A DNA stretch of 64,000 nt from an uncultured archaeon (GTDB lineage: Archaea; Asgardarchaeota; Lokiarchaeia; Sigyniarchaeales; SOKP01). Both the position numbers and the translations under genes were made by a program. The stretch covers positions 1 through 64,000 of the forward strand of contig CAZBPC010000008.1 of the NCBI GenBank assembly GCA_964493715.1, written 5' to 3'. This document shows, one piece after another, positions 10,576 to 20,345 of this stretch. Below the pieces are notes generated by a model. That model had not been told where the DNA came from. It searched no databases and saw nothing but the letters and a program-made list of their open reading frames with translations. Positions within the stretch are counted from its first letter, which is position 1. Each line of letters begins with the position of its first letter.

Positions 10576-12600
10576 ATGAGTTGCCATGATCCAAAAAGGA
10601 ATATCTCTAATGAAAAGGGAGAAAATGTAATAAACATTGCTCTTGCTGGAAACCCAAACGTGGGAAAATCAGTCATTTTCAATCAACTAACGGGATTATC
10701 TCAAACTATAGGAAATTGGCCGGGAAAAACTGTTGAAAGAATGGAAGGACACTTAGAGTTTTTAGGATATCATTTCAACTTGGTTGATTTACCCGGAATT
10801 TACTCCCTATCAACTTACACTTTGGAAGAAATTGTCTCTCGAGAATACATTGTATCTGAGGAAGTAGATCTTATAATTAACGTAATTGATGCAACAAATT
10901 TGGAAAGGAACCTCTTCCTAACTTTTCAGTTATTAGAATTAAAAATTCCCATTATTTTAGCTTTTAATCAGATGGATATTTTACGAAAGAGAAAAAGAGA
11001 TTTAGATATAAATAAGTTGAAAGAGTTATTCAACTGTCCTGTAGTTCCTGTCGTTGCAGTTCATGGTGTTGGCGTTCATGAATTATTAGAAGAAGCAATT
11101 TTTTTAGTAACAAGTGGAAATAAATGTAACCTACCTCCTGATGTAACTTCCTTTGGAAGAGAAATAGAGGAAATAATAGATTTGTTGAATAAGGAACTAA
11201 TTTCAATATCAGGTTTTAAAGAAAAATCTCCTTATCCAGCAAGATTTCTTGCAATTAAATTATTGGAAAATGATGAAGAAATCTTAAAATTTGTAGAAAT
11301 TAATTTGGGGTTATCGATTGAAGGTATTAAATTAACTCAATTTAGAAAGGATTTAGAAGAATTACACGGGGAAGACATTAATACCATCATATCTTCTGAA
11401 ATTTATAATAATATTTTTCAGATAACTGAAAAAATCTTAATCGATCAACCTTTAGAAATAAAACGGAATAATTTTGCTGATATAATTGACCACTTGACCA
11501 CACATTCAATATGGGGGTATATTATTTTGATTTTAGTTCTCTTAGGGATATATCTCTTTACATTTACTATTGGAAACGTATTAGGAGGGTTCATTGATGA
11601 GATTTATTTAGTTTGGACGAATCAAATTTATCTAATATTTCAAGCGGATAATCTTCTAGTTCAAGTATTATGGAATGGAGGAATGGGAGGATTTATGGGT
11701 GCAATATCAGGAGTATTAGTATTTGTTATTCCATTTTTTTTTACAATCGAATTGTTACAAGATTCGGGTTACCTCCCTCGTGCAGCATTTATGATGGACA
11801 AGATAATGCATATATTGGGTGTACATGGAAAAACCGTGATTCCGATGGTTTTAGGATTTGGTTGTAATGTTCCCGCTTGTGCTGGTTGTAGGATAATGGA
11901 AACGGAACGTGAGAAGAAAATCTCTATTGCTTTAACTTCTCTTATCCCATGTGCTGCTGTAATGACTGTAGTAATGGGATTAGTTGGAAGATATGTGGGG
12001 TTAGGATGGGTATTAGTGCTATTTGGTATTAATCTTGCAACTATTTTGATTGTTGGACGGATCCTAAATAAAACAATGCCTGGAACTTGCACTGAATTGA
12101 TAATGGAAATGCATGCATATAGGACTCCAAACTATAAAGTTATCCTCAAGCAAACTTGGATCCGTTCCAAAGAATTCATCTTTAGAGCTCTTCCAATAAT
12201 TATTGTCTTTGGAATAGTTTTGGAAATCTTGTTCCTTTTTAAAATCTTGGAACCAATAAACTTAATTTTATCTCCAATTACTTCTATTTGGCTTGGTTTG
12301 CCAGTTGCAACTGGTGTTTTTCTTATTTACGGAATTTTGAGGAAAGAATTGACTTTAGTTTTATTAGGAGTATTTGCTGAAAATGTAGGATTGACAATTA
12401 CTCAACTACTCACTCCGTTTCAGATGATAACATTCAGTTTAGTAACAATGCTTTATATTCCTTGTTTCGCAACAATTATCATAATCGCTAAGCAAACTAA
12501 TTGGAAATACGCGATTCAAATTTCATTTTTAGAAATTGGTCTAGCACTAACAATTGGAGGAATTATTAATTTTATTTTTATCTTGCTTGGTGCTTCTTAA
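10576..12600 (+). CDS. feoB: Ferrous iron transport protein B
   Basis: GNPNVGKS, GNWPGKTVE, DLPGIYSL, NQMD, DSGYLPRAAF and GFGCNVP motifs. Confidence 0.97.
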   Translation: MSCHDPKRNISNEKGENVINIALAGNPNVGKSVIFNQLTGLSQTIGNWPGKTVERMEGHLEFLGYHFNLVDLPGIYSLSTYTLEEIVSREYIVSEEVDLIINVIDATNLERNLFLTFQLLELKIPIILAFNQMDILRKRKRDLDINKLKELFNCPVVPVVAVHGVGVHELLEEAIFLVTSGNKCNLPPDVTSFGREIEEIIDLLNKELISISGFKEKSPYPARFLAIKLLENDEEILKFVEINLGLSIEGIKLTQFRKDLEELHGEDINTIISSEIYNNIFQITEKILIDQPLEIKRNNFADIIDHLTTHSIWGYIILILVLLGIYLFTFTIGNVLGGFIDEIYLVWTNQIYLIFQADNLLVQVLWNGGMGGFMGAISGVLVFVIPFFFTIELLQDSGYLPRAAFMMDKIMHILGVHGKTVIPMVLGFGCNVPACAGCRIMETEREKKISIALTSLIPCAAVMTVVMGLVGRYVGLGWVLVLFGINLATILIVGRILNKTMPGTCTELIMEMHAYRTPNYKVILKQTWIRSKEFIFRALPIIIVFGIVLEILFLFKILEPINLILSPITSIWLGLPVATGVFLIYGILRKELTLVLLGVFAENVGLTITQLLTPFQMITFSLVTMLYIPCFATIIIIAKQTNWKYAIQISFLEIGLALTIGGIINFIFILLGAS

Positions 12601-12867
12601 TCATTGATTTTAATATTTTTAAATTCCGCCAAATTAGGTTCTTAAAATTATATTTTAGGTGATGTGGTATAGTAAAAATTCATCATAAATTCCAAATATG
12701 TAAAAATAATTTCTAAAAATCTACAAATAAATACCATAATTAGTCATCAAGATTAATAAAATTGTCCTTGAAATTATCAAAGTTAATAATTAACTTTTAA
12801 TGCATTTCTTAATTTCTATCCTCAACATTCTAAAATTAGTAATTAAACATATATTGAGATAAATAAT

Positions 12868-13533
12868 ATGACAATTATCACTACAAAAAAGCCGTTTGAA
12901 GAAGTATTAGCAGCAATTAAAGATATAAAAAGAATCACTATTGTTTCTTGCGCTAGTTGTGCTGCCATGTGTCAAACTGGAGGAACTGAAGGTGCTAAAG
13001 AAATGGCAGAGAAATTAGAGGCAGAAGGTTTTGAGATCTCGACAGTGATTGTACCTGAGGAAGTATGTGATAATCGAGTTATGAAGACAGATTTTCGTAA
13101 AATTGAAGAAGAGCTTCAACATACTGATGCCATCCTTACTCTAAGTTGTGGACTGGGAGTTGCAAGTATTACCGAAGTTCTTTCAAAAAAATTTCCTCTA
13201 ATCCCTGTTTTTGTTGGCACCAATACTGAATTTATGGGAATGACAGAACGAATTGGACGTTTTTTTATGCGGTGTCAAGGCTGTGGTGCTTGTCTTTTGA
13301 ATGAAACTGGAGGAATTTGTCCCATTACAACTTGCGCTAAATCTTTAATGAATGGACCATGTGGTGGAATGGTTGATGGCAAGTGTGAAGTAGGTAAGTA
13401 TGAGAAAGATTGTGGATGGGTTTTAATATATAAACGCTTGAAAGAACTTGGACGATTGGATCTATTCTCAAAACTAAGAGATTCTGTAGATTGGAGTGAA
13501 AGAGGTCATCAACGAGAAGTCGTATGGAGGTAG
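12868..13533 (+). CDS. metV: MTHFR partner subunit (Cys-rich, MetV-type)
   Basis: CASCAAMCQTGG, CQGCGACLL, GGICPITTCAKSLMNGPCGG; adjacent to metF. Confidence 0.88.
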   Translation: MTIITTKKPFEEVLAAIKDIKRITIVSCASCAAMCQTGGTEGAKEMAEKLEAEGFEISTVIVPEEVCDNRVMKTDFRKIEEELQHTDAILTLSCGLGVASITEVLSKKFPLIPVFVGTNTEFMGMTERIGRFFMRCQGCGACLLNETGGICPITTCAKSLMNGPCGGMVDGKCEVGKYEKDCGWVLIYKRLKELGRLDLFSKLRDSVDWSERGHQREVVWR

Positions 13534-14471
13534 AAAAAATGACAGAGAGAAAAATATATTCTAAATTAGGAGAAAAACTCGCAAATGGTGAATTTATTCT
13601 TACTGGGGAGTTAGAACCCGAAAAAACAACAGATTTAAGCCATACAATTCATGAAGCAAAACAAATGGCTCCATATGTTGTTGCAGCAAACGTTACAGAT
13701 AGTCCTTTAGGAATAGTGACAATTAATAGTATGGCTGCTACTCATATAATTCAGCGCGAATCAGGATTAGAATGTATTTGGCAGTTGACTGTTAGGGATG
13801 TGAATAAATTAGGCATTGCTGGGATGATGATGGGTGCATATGCTCTAGGAATCCAAAACGTTCTATCACTCACCGGAGATCACACTGCATTAGGAGATAT
13901 GCCTGAAAGTAAACCAGTTTTCGATTTGGACTCCGCAACATTAGTTAAACTTGTACGAGAGATGGTAGATAAGGGTTCAATCAATGGTTATGAAATAGAA
14001 GCTCCACCAAAATTACATGTTGGAGCTGCTGCAAATCCAAATGCGAATCCAATAGAGGCAGAAATACTTAAGATTGGACGAAAAGCCGAAGCTGGAGCTG
14101 AGTTTATCCAGACTCAAGTAGTATATGATTTAGAAAAAACTATCGAATTTTTGACAGCTATTAGAAAGTTTAATGTACCCGTTTTGCTAGGAATATTTCC
14201 AATGAAGAGCTATGGCATAGCAAAAGGTTTTGATGAGTTTGTGCCAGGCGTAAGCGTGCCTAAAGAGATATTAGCACGTTGGAAATCCATTAAAAAAGAT
14301 GTTCCCGATAAACAAATGCAAAATGAAGCTTATGATCAAGCTAATTACGAGTTTTTTAAACCATTTATAACTGAACTTAAAAAGAAGAAACTGTTAGCAG
14401 GAGTTCACTGTATGGCGGTCCATTACCCCCGAATTTTCCCCAAACTCCAAGAAGTTGTTTTTAGTAAATAA
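13524..14471 (+). CDS. metF: Methylenetetrahydrofolate reductase, paralog 2 (likely start 13539)
   Basis: TGELEP, NVTDSP, QLTVRDVN, LTGDH and FIQTQ motifs; GGAGG SD before ATG 13539. Confidence 0.9.
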   Translation: MEVEKMTERKIYSKLGEKLANGEFILTGELEPEKTTDLSHTIHEAKQMAPYVVAANVTDSPLGIVTINSMAATHIIQRESGLECIWQLTVRDVNKLGIAGMMMGAYALGIQNVLSLTGDHTALGDMPESKPVFDLDSATLVKLVREMVDKGSINGYEIEAPPKLHVGAAANPNANPIEAEILKIGRKAEAGAEFIQTQVVYDLEKTIEFLTAIRKFNVPVLLGIFPMKSYGIAKGFDEFVPGVSVPKEILARWKSIKKDVPDKQMQNEAYDQANYEFFKPFITELKKKKLLAGVHCMAVHYPRIFPKLQEVVFSK

Positions 14472-14621
14472 ACGAGAATATTTGGTATGATATCTCAGAT
14501 AATCTCATTTTATTTTTTTTAATAAAAACCTGATTTTTTTATATTTTATAAAATCCAAATTTATATTTCATCTAAAGTTCTTATAAATGACGCTTTAGTC
14601 ATAAGTTATATCTTTAAGACT

Positions 14622-15755
14622 TTGCAGATGTTAACCGAAAATATTGAAATGGAGCTGTTTAAAAAAGGATTTGAAAAGTCTCCAAATTCACGAGTTCTTG
14701 CAGAATTCCGAAACAAGAATGTAGCCATACTTCGAGTGAATAAAGCTTTTACAGATTTTTATGGGTACAATGAGGATGAAGTAATTGGGGAGAATCCAAG
14801 AATATTGAATTCAAAAAAGATGGGATTAGATTATTTCCAGAGAATGTGGGAATCAATCCTAAATCCTGAAATAGGATATTGGAAAAATGATATAATTAAT
14901 AAAAAGAAAAATGGAGATTTAATTAACGTAATTCTTACTATTAATACGATTTTTGACGAAAAGAGTGTACCGATATACTTTACGGCTTACCACGTAGATA
15001 TAACAGAACGAAAAAAAGCCGAAGAAAAATTGAAAGAAGCAGAATCAAGATCAAAGAAAGCTTATGAACAAGTCAACTTTTATAAGGACATTTTCGCTCA
15101 TGATATAAATAACATATTACAAATCATATTATCATCAGCAGAATTAATTTCTTACTATTTAGGTATGCCTGAAAAGTTACCGACTATTAAAAGATTGAAT
15201 AAATCAATTTTTGATCAAGTCACTCGAGGTAATAAACTAATTGAAAATGTTCGAAAACTATCACAAGTAGAGGAATCTAAACAGAATCTCAAAAGATTGA
15301 TTATTGCTCCCGTATTAGATGAATCAATCAGACTTGTTAAACAAGGAATTCAAAATAAGAATGTAAACATTCAAGTTGAGAATTATAAAGAAAAATTAGC
15401 TGTAAATGCTGACGATTTATTAATAGATGTATTTGAAAATTTACTTTATAATAGTGTAAGACATAATAATAACGATAATGTAGAGATATTGATTAGAATT
15501 TCTCAGATTAAGTCAAAGGATTTAATCAAAATGGAGTTTATTGATAATGGAATGGGCATTGAAGATGAAAGAAAAGAAAGTATTTTTCAAAAAAAATCAA
15601 ATATTAATAGAGGAGGACGTAGTATGGGCTTAGGTTTATCATTGGTCATGAAAATTTTGAAAAAATATAATGGAACAATACGGATTGAAAATAAAATTCC
15701 TAATGATTCTGCTAAAGGGAGTAAATTTACCTTATTACTTCCAAATGCCAAATAA
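14622..15755 (+). CDS. Cytoplasmic PAS-domain sensor histidine kinase
   Basis: PAS (VNKAF...GY...IGENPRIL...DITERKKAE), H-box AHDINN, N-box ENLLYNSVRH, DNGMGI, GLGLSL. Confidence 0.92.
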   Translation: MQMLTENIEMELFKKGFEKSPNSRVLAEFRNKNVAILRVNKAFTDFYGYNEDEVIGENPRILNSKKMGLDYFQRMWESILNPEIGYWKNDIINKKKNGDLINVILTINTIFDEKSVPIYFTAYHVDITERKKAEEKLKEAESRSKKAYEQVNFYKDIFAHDINNILQIILSSAELISYYLGMPEKLPTIKRLNKSIFDQVTRGNKLIENVRKLSQVEESKQNLKRLIIAPVLDESIRLVKQGIQNKNVNIQVENYKEKLAVNADDLLIDVFENLLYNSVRHNNNDNVEILIRISQIKSKDLIKMEFIDNGMGIEDERKESIFQKKSNINRGGRSMGLGLSLVMKILKKYNGTIRIENKIPNDSAKGSKFTLLLPNAK

Positions 15756-15788
15756 TGCTAAAATGATAAAATTCCTTTAATTTTTAAA

Positions 15789-15888
15789 TCATTACTAAAA
15801 ACTTTATATGTTATACTTATCCGTTTGAAAGTATGAAAAAAATGATTTGGTTGTAATTAGATCTGGATCTGGTTTAAATGTTCTTAAG
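15789..15888 (+). repeat. Decayed copy of the promoter and 5' end of the disulfide reductase gene at 25128
   Basis: TCATTACTAAAAACTTTA is identical at 15789-15806 and 25084-25101, each 27 nt before an ATG. It is followed by frameshifted DLVVIRSGSGLNVL here versus DLVVIGSGAGLNVL in the intact gene. Confidence 0.8.
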
Positions 15889-15943
15889 TTGTATTTAGTT
15901 AAAATAAGAGAATAACTGATATATCTTGTCAGTTTTTCTCATT

Positions 15944-16639
15944 TTATTTTCTTGAGAATGGTGTTTTTTCTCTAATTTTAATCACATAAAATAAATATCC
16001 GAATGGGTATTTAATTTGTTTTATATGAAAAGCATCAAAAGCAAACAATTCCCGAGCAGATAATAAAAATTGATAATACACATTTTTATCTAGTATAATA
16101 TCAACTATTCCATCGAGCTGGAAACTTAAAAATTTTGGTGCTAATCCAGTATAAAGTAATGACGCAAAAGGATTTTTCATCAGATTTTTAGCAGTTGTCC
16201 CTTCAAATATTTCTAGACCGCCTAATAGATATGGATCAAAATTTTCAGTATTTTTATAAAATTTTAAGGCAGTTTCCATTCTTAGAGTAATTGAATCTTC
16301 CCATGGACCGGAATCAGATGATTTTTTAGCTTTGATAAATAATTCAAGAAAATTATTAAGTTTCTCATGCAATGGTAATAATCCTAAACCTTTTGTAGTT
16401 AAATTAATGAATGGCTCGTCTTCCCCTTTTGTCGCCAATACGGGGAGATGAGCTGGTAGGGTTTTAATTGAATGCATCCCTGCTTTCTGTAATTGATCAA
16501 ACATTCCTAATCTAGCGTTCGATTGCCATTGTAAGAAAGTATATGGCAAAGGTTGAATTTGATATTTTTTAATCTCTCCATTTTGATTTTTTATGCTTAC
16601 ATTTTCATTTTCTCGAACAATCTCATATTCCAAGTTCAT
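15944..16639 (-). CDS. Hypothetical protein, possibly an FMN-binding split barrel (PNPOx-like)
   Basis: GLEIFEGTTAKNLMKNPFASLLY...SFQLDG resembles the K-x-x-N-L-x-x-N-P strand of PNPOx-like proteins. Confidence 0.55.
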   Translation of the reverse strand: MNLEYEIVRENENVSIKNQNGEIKKYQIQPLPYTFLQWQSNARLGMFDQLQKAGMHSIKTLPAHLPVLATKGEDEPFINLTTKGLGLLPLHEKLNNFLELFIKAKKSSDSGPWEDSITLRMETALKFYKNTENFDPYLLGGLEIFEGTTAKNLMKNPFASLLYTGLAPKFLSFQLDGIVDIILDKNVYYQFLLSARELFAFDAFHIKQIKYPFGYLFYVIKIREKTPFSRK

Positions 16640-16863
16640 TTCTACTTCCCTTTTATAGATTTATGATTTCGATAGATCTTTTTAAAATCATGTCCAATCA
16701 TTTTTTATCTATCCTCTTCTTTAAATGAAAGCACTTTTAATAAATTTATTCTACTGAATATGATTAAGATTGGCTCTAAATTATTTACATTCTCTTACCA
16801 ATTGTTTAGGACTAAAATTTAGTTTTAATTATAAGAGTGAATATCTTTATAAGCATCTTTAAT

Positions 16864-18078
16864 CTACTTTAGTTTACCTTCCATTCCAAATTTGTTTGCC
16901 ATATTTTCAACAAGCTCTGGCAGAATTTCTGAGATCCCTTTTTCGCAAGCAAAATCCTCTATCATTTTTCTTACCATATTTCTCACAAAAGCGGGAATTT
17001 TCTCAGTTAATTTTTCTGCTTCAGGGTTCCATTTGATTTGTTTTACATCTGAAGTTTCTATGTTTAGTTCATCTATCTTTTTATCAGAAGGATTAATAAC
17101 AAGAACATTACTTTTACTAAATATAGCACAATTAAATACATGAGAACCTATTAAAGAAATATCTTCTTTATGAAGTCCCCACCTCCCTAGAACAATTAAA
17201 TCAGAATTCTTGAGATTACTATATTCTATGATTTTTATGTATACTTTACCCGCGAGCACGTTTATATTTAACGGAATTTTTTTGGAATCTGCTATTAATC
17301 GGGCTTTTTTTAATCCGTCTAAATATAACGTTTCTAAACCCTTATCAATTATTTCATCATGAATTTTTTCTTGTGCTGTGAAATTGAACTTTTTCTGAGC
17401 TTCCATAGGTAATACGTCTGCTATTTTTCTAAAAATTGCAGTATGAAAATAAGGATCGTATACAGCAATAGCTTCAATATTAGTATTATAGATATTTGCG
17501 AAGCTAAGAGCTTTTAATAAAGCAGCATAAGAATTATTACTTCCATCAATCCCCACTACAATGGGATTATATTTAAAAAGCATTGGCTTTTTTACAATTA
17601 ATAAATCTGATTTTAAGCTATGCAATAAAATCCTTTGAGTTAAGCTTCCAAGAGCATTTACTTCCTCTTTTCCATGTCCCCATCCACCCAAGATTATTAA
17701 ATCAGGATTTATTTTATCGATAACTTCAAGAAGTTTAGAATAATTTCTACCTTCTGGAGTGATTCCTTCAACTTTCAAATCCATTTCTAAAGCCTTTTTA
17801 GCTATTGGGGCTAAATAGGCATCTGAAATTAATTGCATTCCATCTGTTATTAAATCTTCATGAGTATCTCTCAAATAATTTAATTTTTCTGCTTCTTGAT
17901 ATCTCTCTGGTAATCCCGATTCCATTTCAATAAATCTATACTTATGCATTTTTGATGCATAGACATGGCATCCATACAATGTACTTGAATTTGAATTTTC
18001 TGCAATCTTTAATGCAATTTCTTCTGCCATATCTGAATAGATTGAACCGTCTAAAGCTATAAGGATCTTATTATACAT
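16864..18078 (-). CDS. Tandem universal stress protein with C-terminal PCP_red-like domain
   Basis: Two USP units (KILIALDGS...DLIILGGWG; PIVVGIDGS...DLIVLGRWG...IGS) plus WNPEAEKLTEKIPAFVRNMVRKMIE. Confidence 0.88.
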   Translation of the reverse strand: MYNKILIALDGSIYSDMAEEIALKIAENSNSSTLYGCHVYASKMHKYRFIEMESGLPERYQEAEKLNYLRDTHEDLITDGMQLISDAYLAPIAKKALEMDLKVEGITPEGRNYSKLLEVIDKINPDLIILGGWGHGKEEVNALGSLTQRILLHSLKSDLLIVKKPMLFKYNPIVVGIDGSNNSYAALLKALSFANIYNTNIEAIAVYDPYFHTAIFRKIADVLPMEAQKKFNFTAQEKIHDEIIDKGLETLYLDGLKKARLIADSKKIPLNINVLAGKVYIKIIEYSNLKNSDLIVLGRWGLHKEDISLIGSHVFNCAIFSKSNVLVINPSDKKIDELNIETSDVKQIKWNPEAEKLTEKIPAFVRNMVRKMIEDFACEKGISEILPELVENMANKFGMEGKLK

Positions 18079-18096
18079 AATTCTTATAAAAACCGA

Positions 18097-19083
18097 TTAT
18101 TTTAATTGTTTTCTTTCTATTTTAATCTTTCTACGTTTTATTATAGCAAAAATCAACCCAATTAAGGATAGTGCAAATATTATCCCAAATGCAATGAGAA
18201 AGAAATAAAATTCAAATCCAATAAAACCACAATCATTGTCTTCAAGTATATTCTCTATACAATCATTATCAACAATATAACAATAAGTATTCTCTTTTAA
18301 GTTATTTTGAATAATATTATTATAATTTGAATTTTGAGTTAAACGGAGTCCCAGATAATTATAATTAGCTATATTTAAAGTTACATTATTATAGGTACTA
18401 TTACCTAAAAGAATTCCTATGGCAGTATTATGTAAAACGGAGTTTTTTGATAGAGTATTATTATGACTTTTAAATAGAATTACACCAAATCCACTTGTAG
18501 CGTCTTTCCCTTGGTAATTTGCGTTATTATGAAATACATAATTATTACAACTCTCGTTTAGTCCAATCCCGATGTAACTATTATTAAAAAGAATATTTTG
18601 AATAATCGAAATATTATAACTTTTAACCAAGGATATTCCGGTACCAATATTAGAAGAGATTGTATTATTTATCAAAATTCCTTTGGTAGAATTGAAAATA
18701 TTGATTTCAGCATTGTATATTGAAGCTCCAGAGCCAGCGATTTTACAATTTCTGATAATGAAATAATCCAGAGAGTTTTCTATAGTAATAGCATTATTAC
18801 CATTCTTGAGATTTTCAATTGTTATGTTTTCAATTATAAAGGGGTCATTAAAAGTGCCAGATCCTGAAATGAAATCATAAACAGCTTCACTAGCTGACCA
18901 ATTGTTATTAATATGAATTTCATTTGTGAGGTTCCAATAATTAGATATTTTAGGAGATAAAAGAATATATTCTGATTTAAAATTTGTCTGAATTGGAGAA
19001 AATACTAAAAAATTAAAGCTGATTAACCAACAAAAAAGAATGAAGGAGATAAAATTGAGTTTATATTTATCAATAAATTTCAT
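18097..19083 (-). CDS. Membrane-anchored beta-helix (NosD/CASH) surface protein
   Basis: Signal-like N-terminus, GSGTFNDPFIIEN motif, Asn-rich GI-x-L-x-x-S-x-N-N repeats, C-terminal TM with basic tail. Confidence 0.85.
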   Translation of the reverse strand: MKFIDKYKLNFISFILFCWLISFNFLVFSPIQTNFKSEYILLSPKISNYWNLTNEIHINNNWSASEAVYDFISGSGTFNDPFIIENITIENLKNGNNAITIENSLDYFIIRNCKIAGSGASIYNAEINIFNSTKGILINNTISSNIGTGISLVKSYNISIIQNILFNNSYIGIGLNESCNNYVFHNNANYQGKDATSGFGVILFKSHNNTLSKNSVLHNTAIGILLGNSTYNNVTLNIANYNYLGLRLTQNSNYNNIIQNNLKENTYCYIVDNDCIENILEDNDCGFIGFEFYFFLIAFGIIFALSLIGLIFAIIKRRKIKIERKQLK

Positions 19084-19165
19084 GTTTGACTATTCCATAA
19101 TTTTTTTATGCTTGAATTCAAATTTAGATGATTATTAACTACAACAAATTAATAATTTTTTAAAT

Positions 19166-19414
19166 TTACTCCGATACAAATGGATCCCTTATAGTCATAT
19201 ATACTAGGAAACCAATAAAGCCTGAAAAAAGTATTGCGACTAACCATGCCTTATACTTCATTTTCCTTTTCTTTGCATTTTTATAAGACCAGATTGCCAA
19301 AACAGCACCAATCAGAAAATATACTAATACAAGCATCCCAAGAATTGGAGGATTTCCAAAAATAAAAGCACCCAAACCCTCATCAAATCCGGGCTTATTA
19401 TAGAAAAATAACAA
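19166..19414 (-). CDS. Small two-TM protein (PLDc N-terminal-like)
   Basis: IWSYKNAKKR...AWLVAILFSGFIGFLVYMTIR pattern. Start is uncertain: the SD-linked ATG is out of frame by one base. Confidence 0.6.
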   Translation of the reverse strand: MLFFYNKPGFDEGLGAFIFGNPPILGMLVLVYFLIGAVLAIWSYKNAKKRKMKYKAWLVAILFSGFIGFLVYMTIRDPFVSE

Positions 19415-19486
19415 TCATAACAACTCCTTTTTATATTTATTTTTATTATTAATAATAATTATTTGTTTATTATTCATTTTTAAATT

Positions 19487-20104
19487 TTAAGCTTTAATCT
19501 TAAAATCTTTTTTTTGGCATAAAAAAAGTCCAAATCCAATAGGGAAAATTTTTTTATCAACGATGATCATTTTGGCATTTTTAATAGCTCTGTAAAATTC
19601 AAACCATTCGAACCTTGATTTTTCTGGATGTTTAATCCCCATAAATCTATCAAAAAAATCAAGTAATCGTTTATTTAGCTCATCGATTAGAAGGAAACCT
19701 CCTGGTTTTAAGATCCTATTAATCTCTTTTAACGCTTTAGGATAATCAGGAACGTGATGGAGAACAGTAAATATAAATATAACATCAAACATGTTAGAAG
19801 GAAAATCTACATTAGTAATATTTCCAATAGAGATCTTAGTATTCAAATTTCTTTTCTTAGCTTTTAAAACTTGTTCGGGTAATATATCAAAACCGTAAAG
19901 GCTTAAGGGATGAAACTTCTCATGAATTAATTGTAACCCAAATCCTGAACCACATCCCGCGTCTAAAATTATTTTATTTGTAATATGGATATCGTGAGAT
20001 TTTAAAAATTTTCTGAATACGATCATTTCAAAATACTTTAGCATAAACCTCTTCAAAAAACTATTGACAAATATCTTATCCAGAGTATCTATTACTAATA
20101 CCAC
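19487..20104 (-). CDS. Class I SAM-dependent methyltransferase
   Basis: ILDAGCGSG, FDVIF, VLHHV and RILKPGG motifs. Confidence 0.92.
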   Translation of the reverse strand: MVLVIDTLDKIFVNSFLKRFMLKYFEMIVFRKFLKSHDIHITNKIILDAGCGSGFGLQLIHEKFHPLSLYGFDILPEQVLKAKKRNLNTKISIGNITNVDFPSNMFDVIFIFTVLHHVPDYPKALKEINRILKPGGFLLIDELNKRLLDFFDRFMGIKHPEKSRFEWFEFYRAIKNAKMIIVDKKIFPIGFGLFLCQKKDFKIKA

Positions 20105-20345
20105 TTTTTATCCTTTATACTTTAATTAATAGAGATTTAGTTCCTATAGAGTTGAATTACAGAAAGTTGTTAATATAAAAAAGGTTTATGTTATAGAACA
20201 TTAATGCTATTCAATTATCAATCAAAAAATTTACTAAAAGAGAGCAATAATTAAAATAATTTTTAAATAGGGGGAATCCTATTTTCGAAAGGAAAAATTT
20301 AAATATTAAAAGAACTCGTACTTTTATTATTTAGAGGTTATTAAT

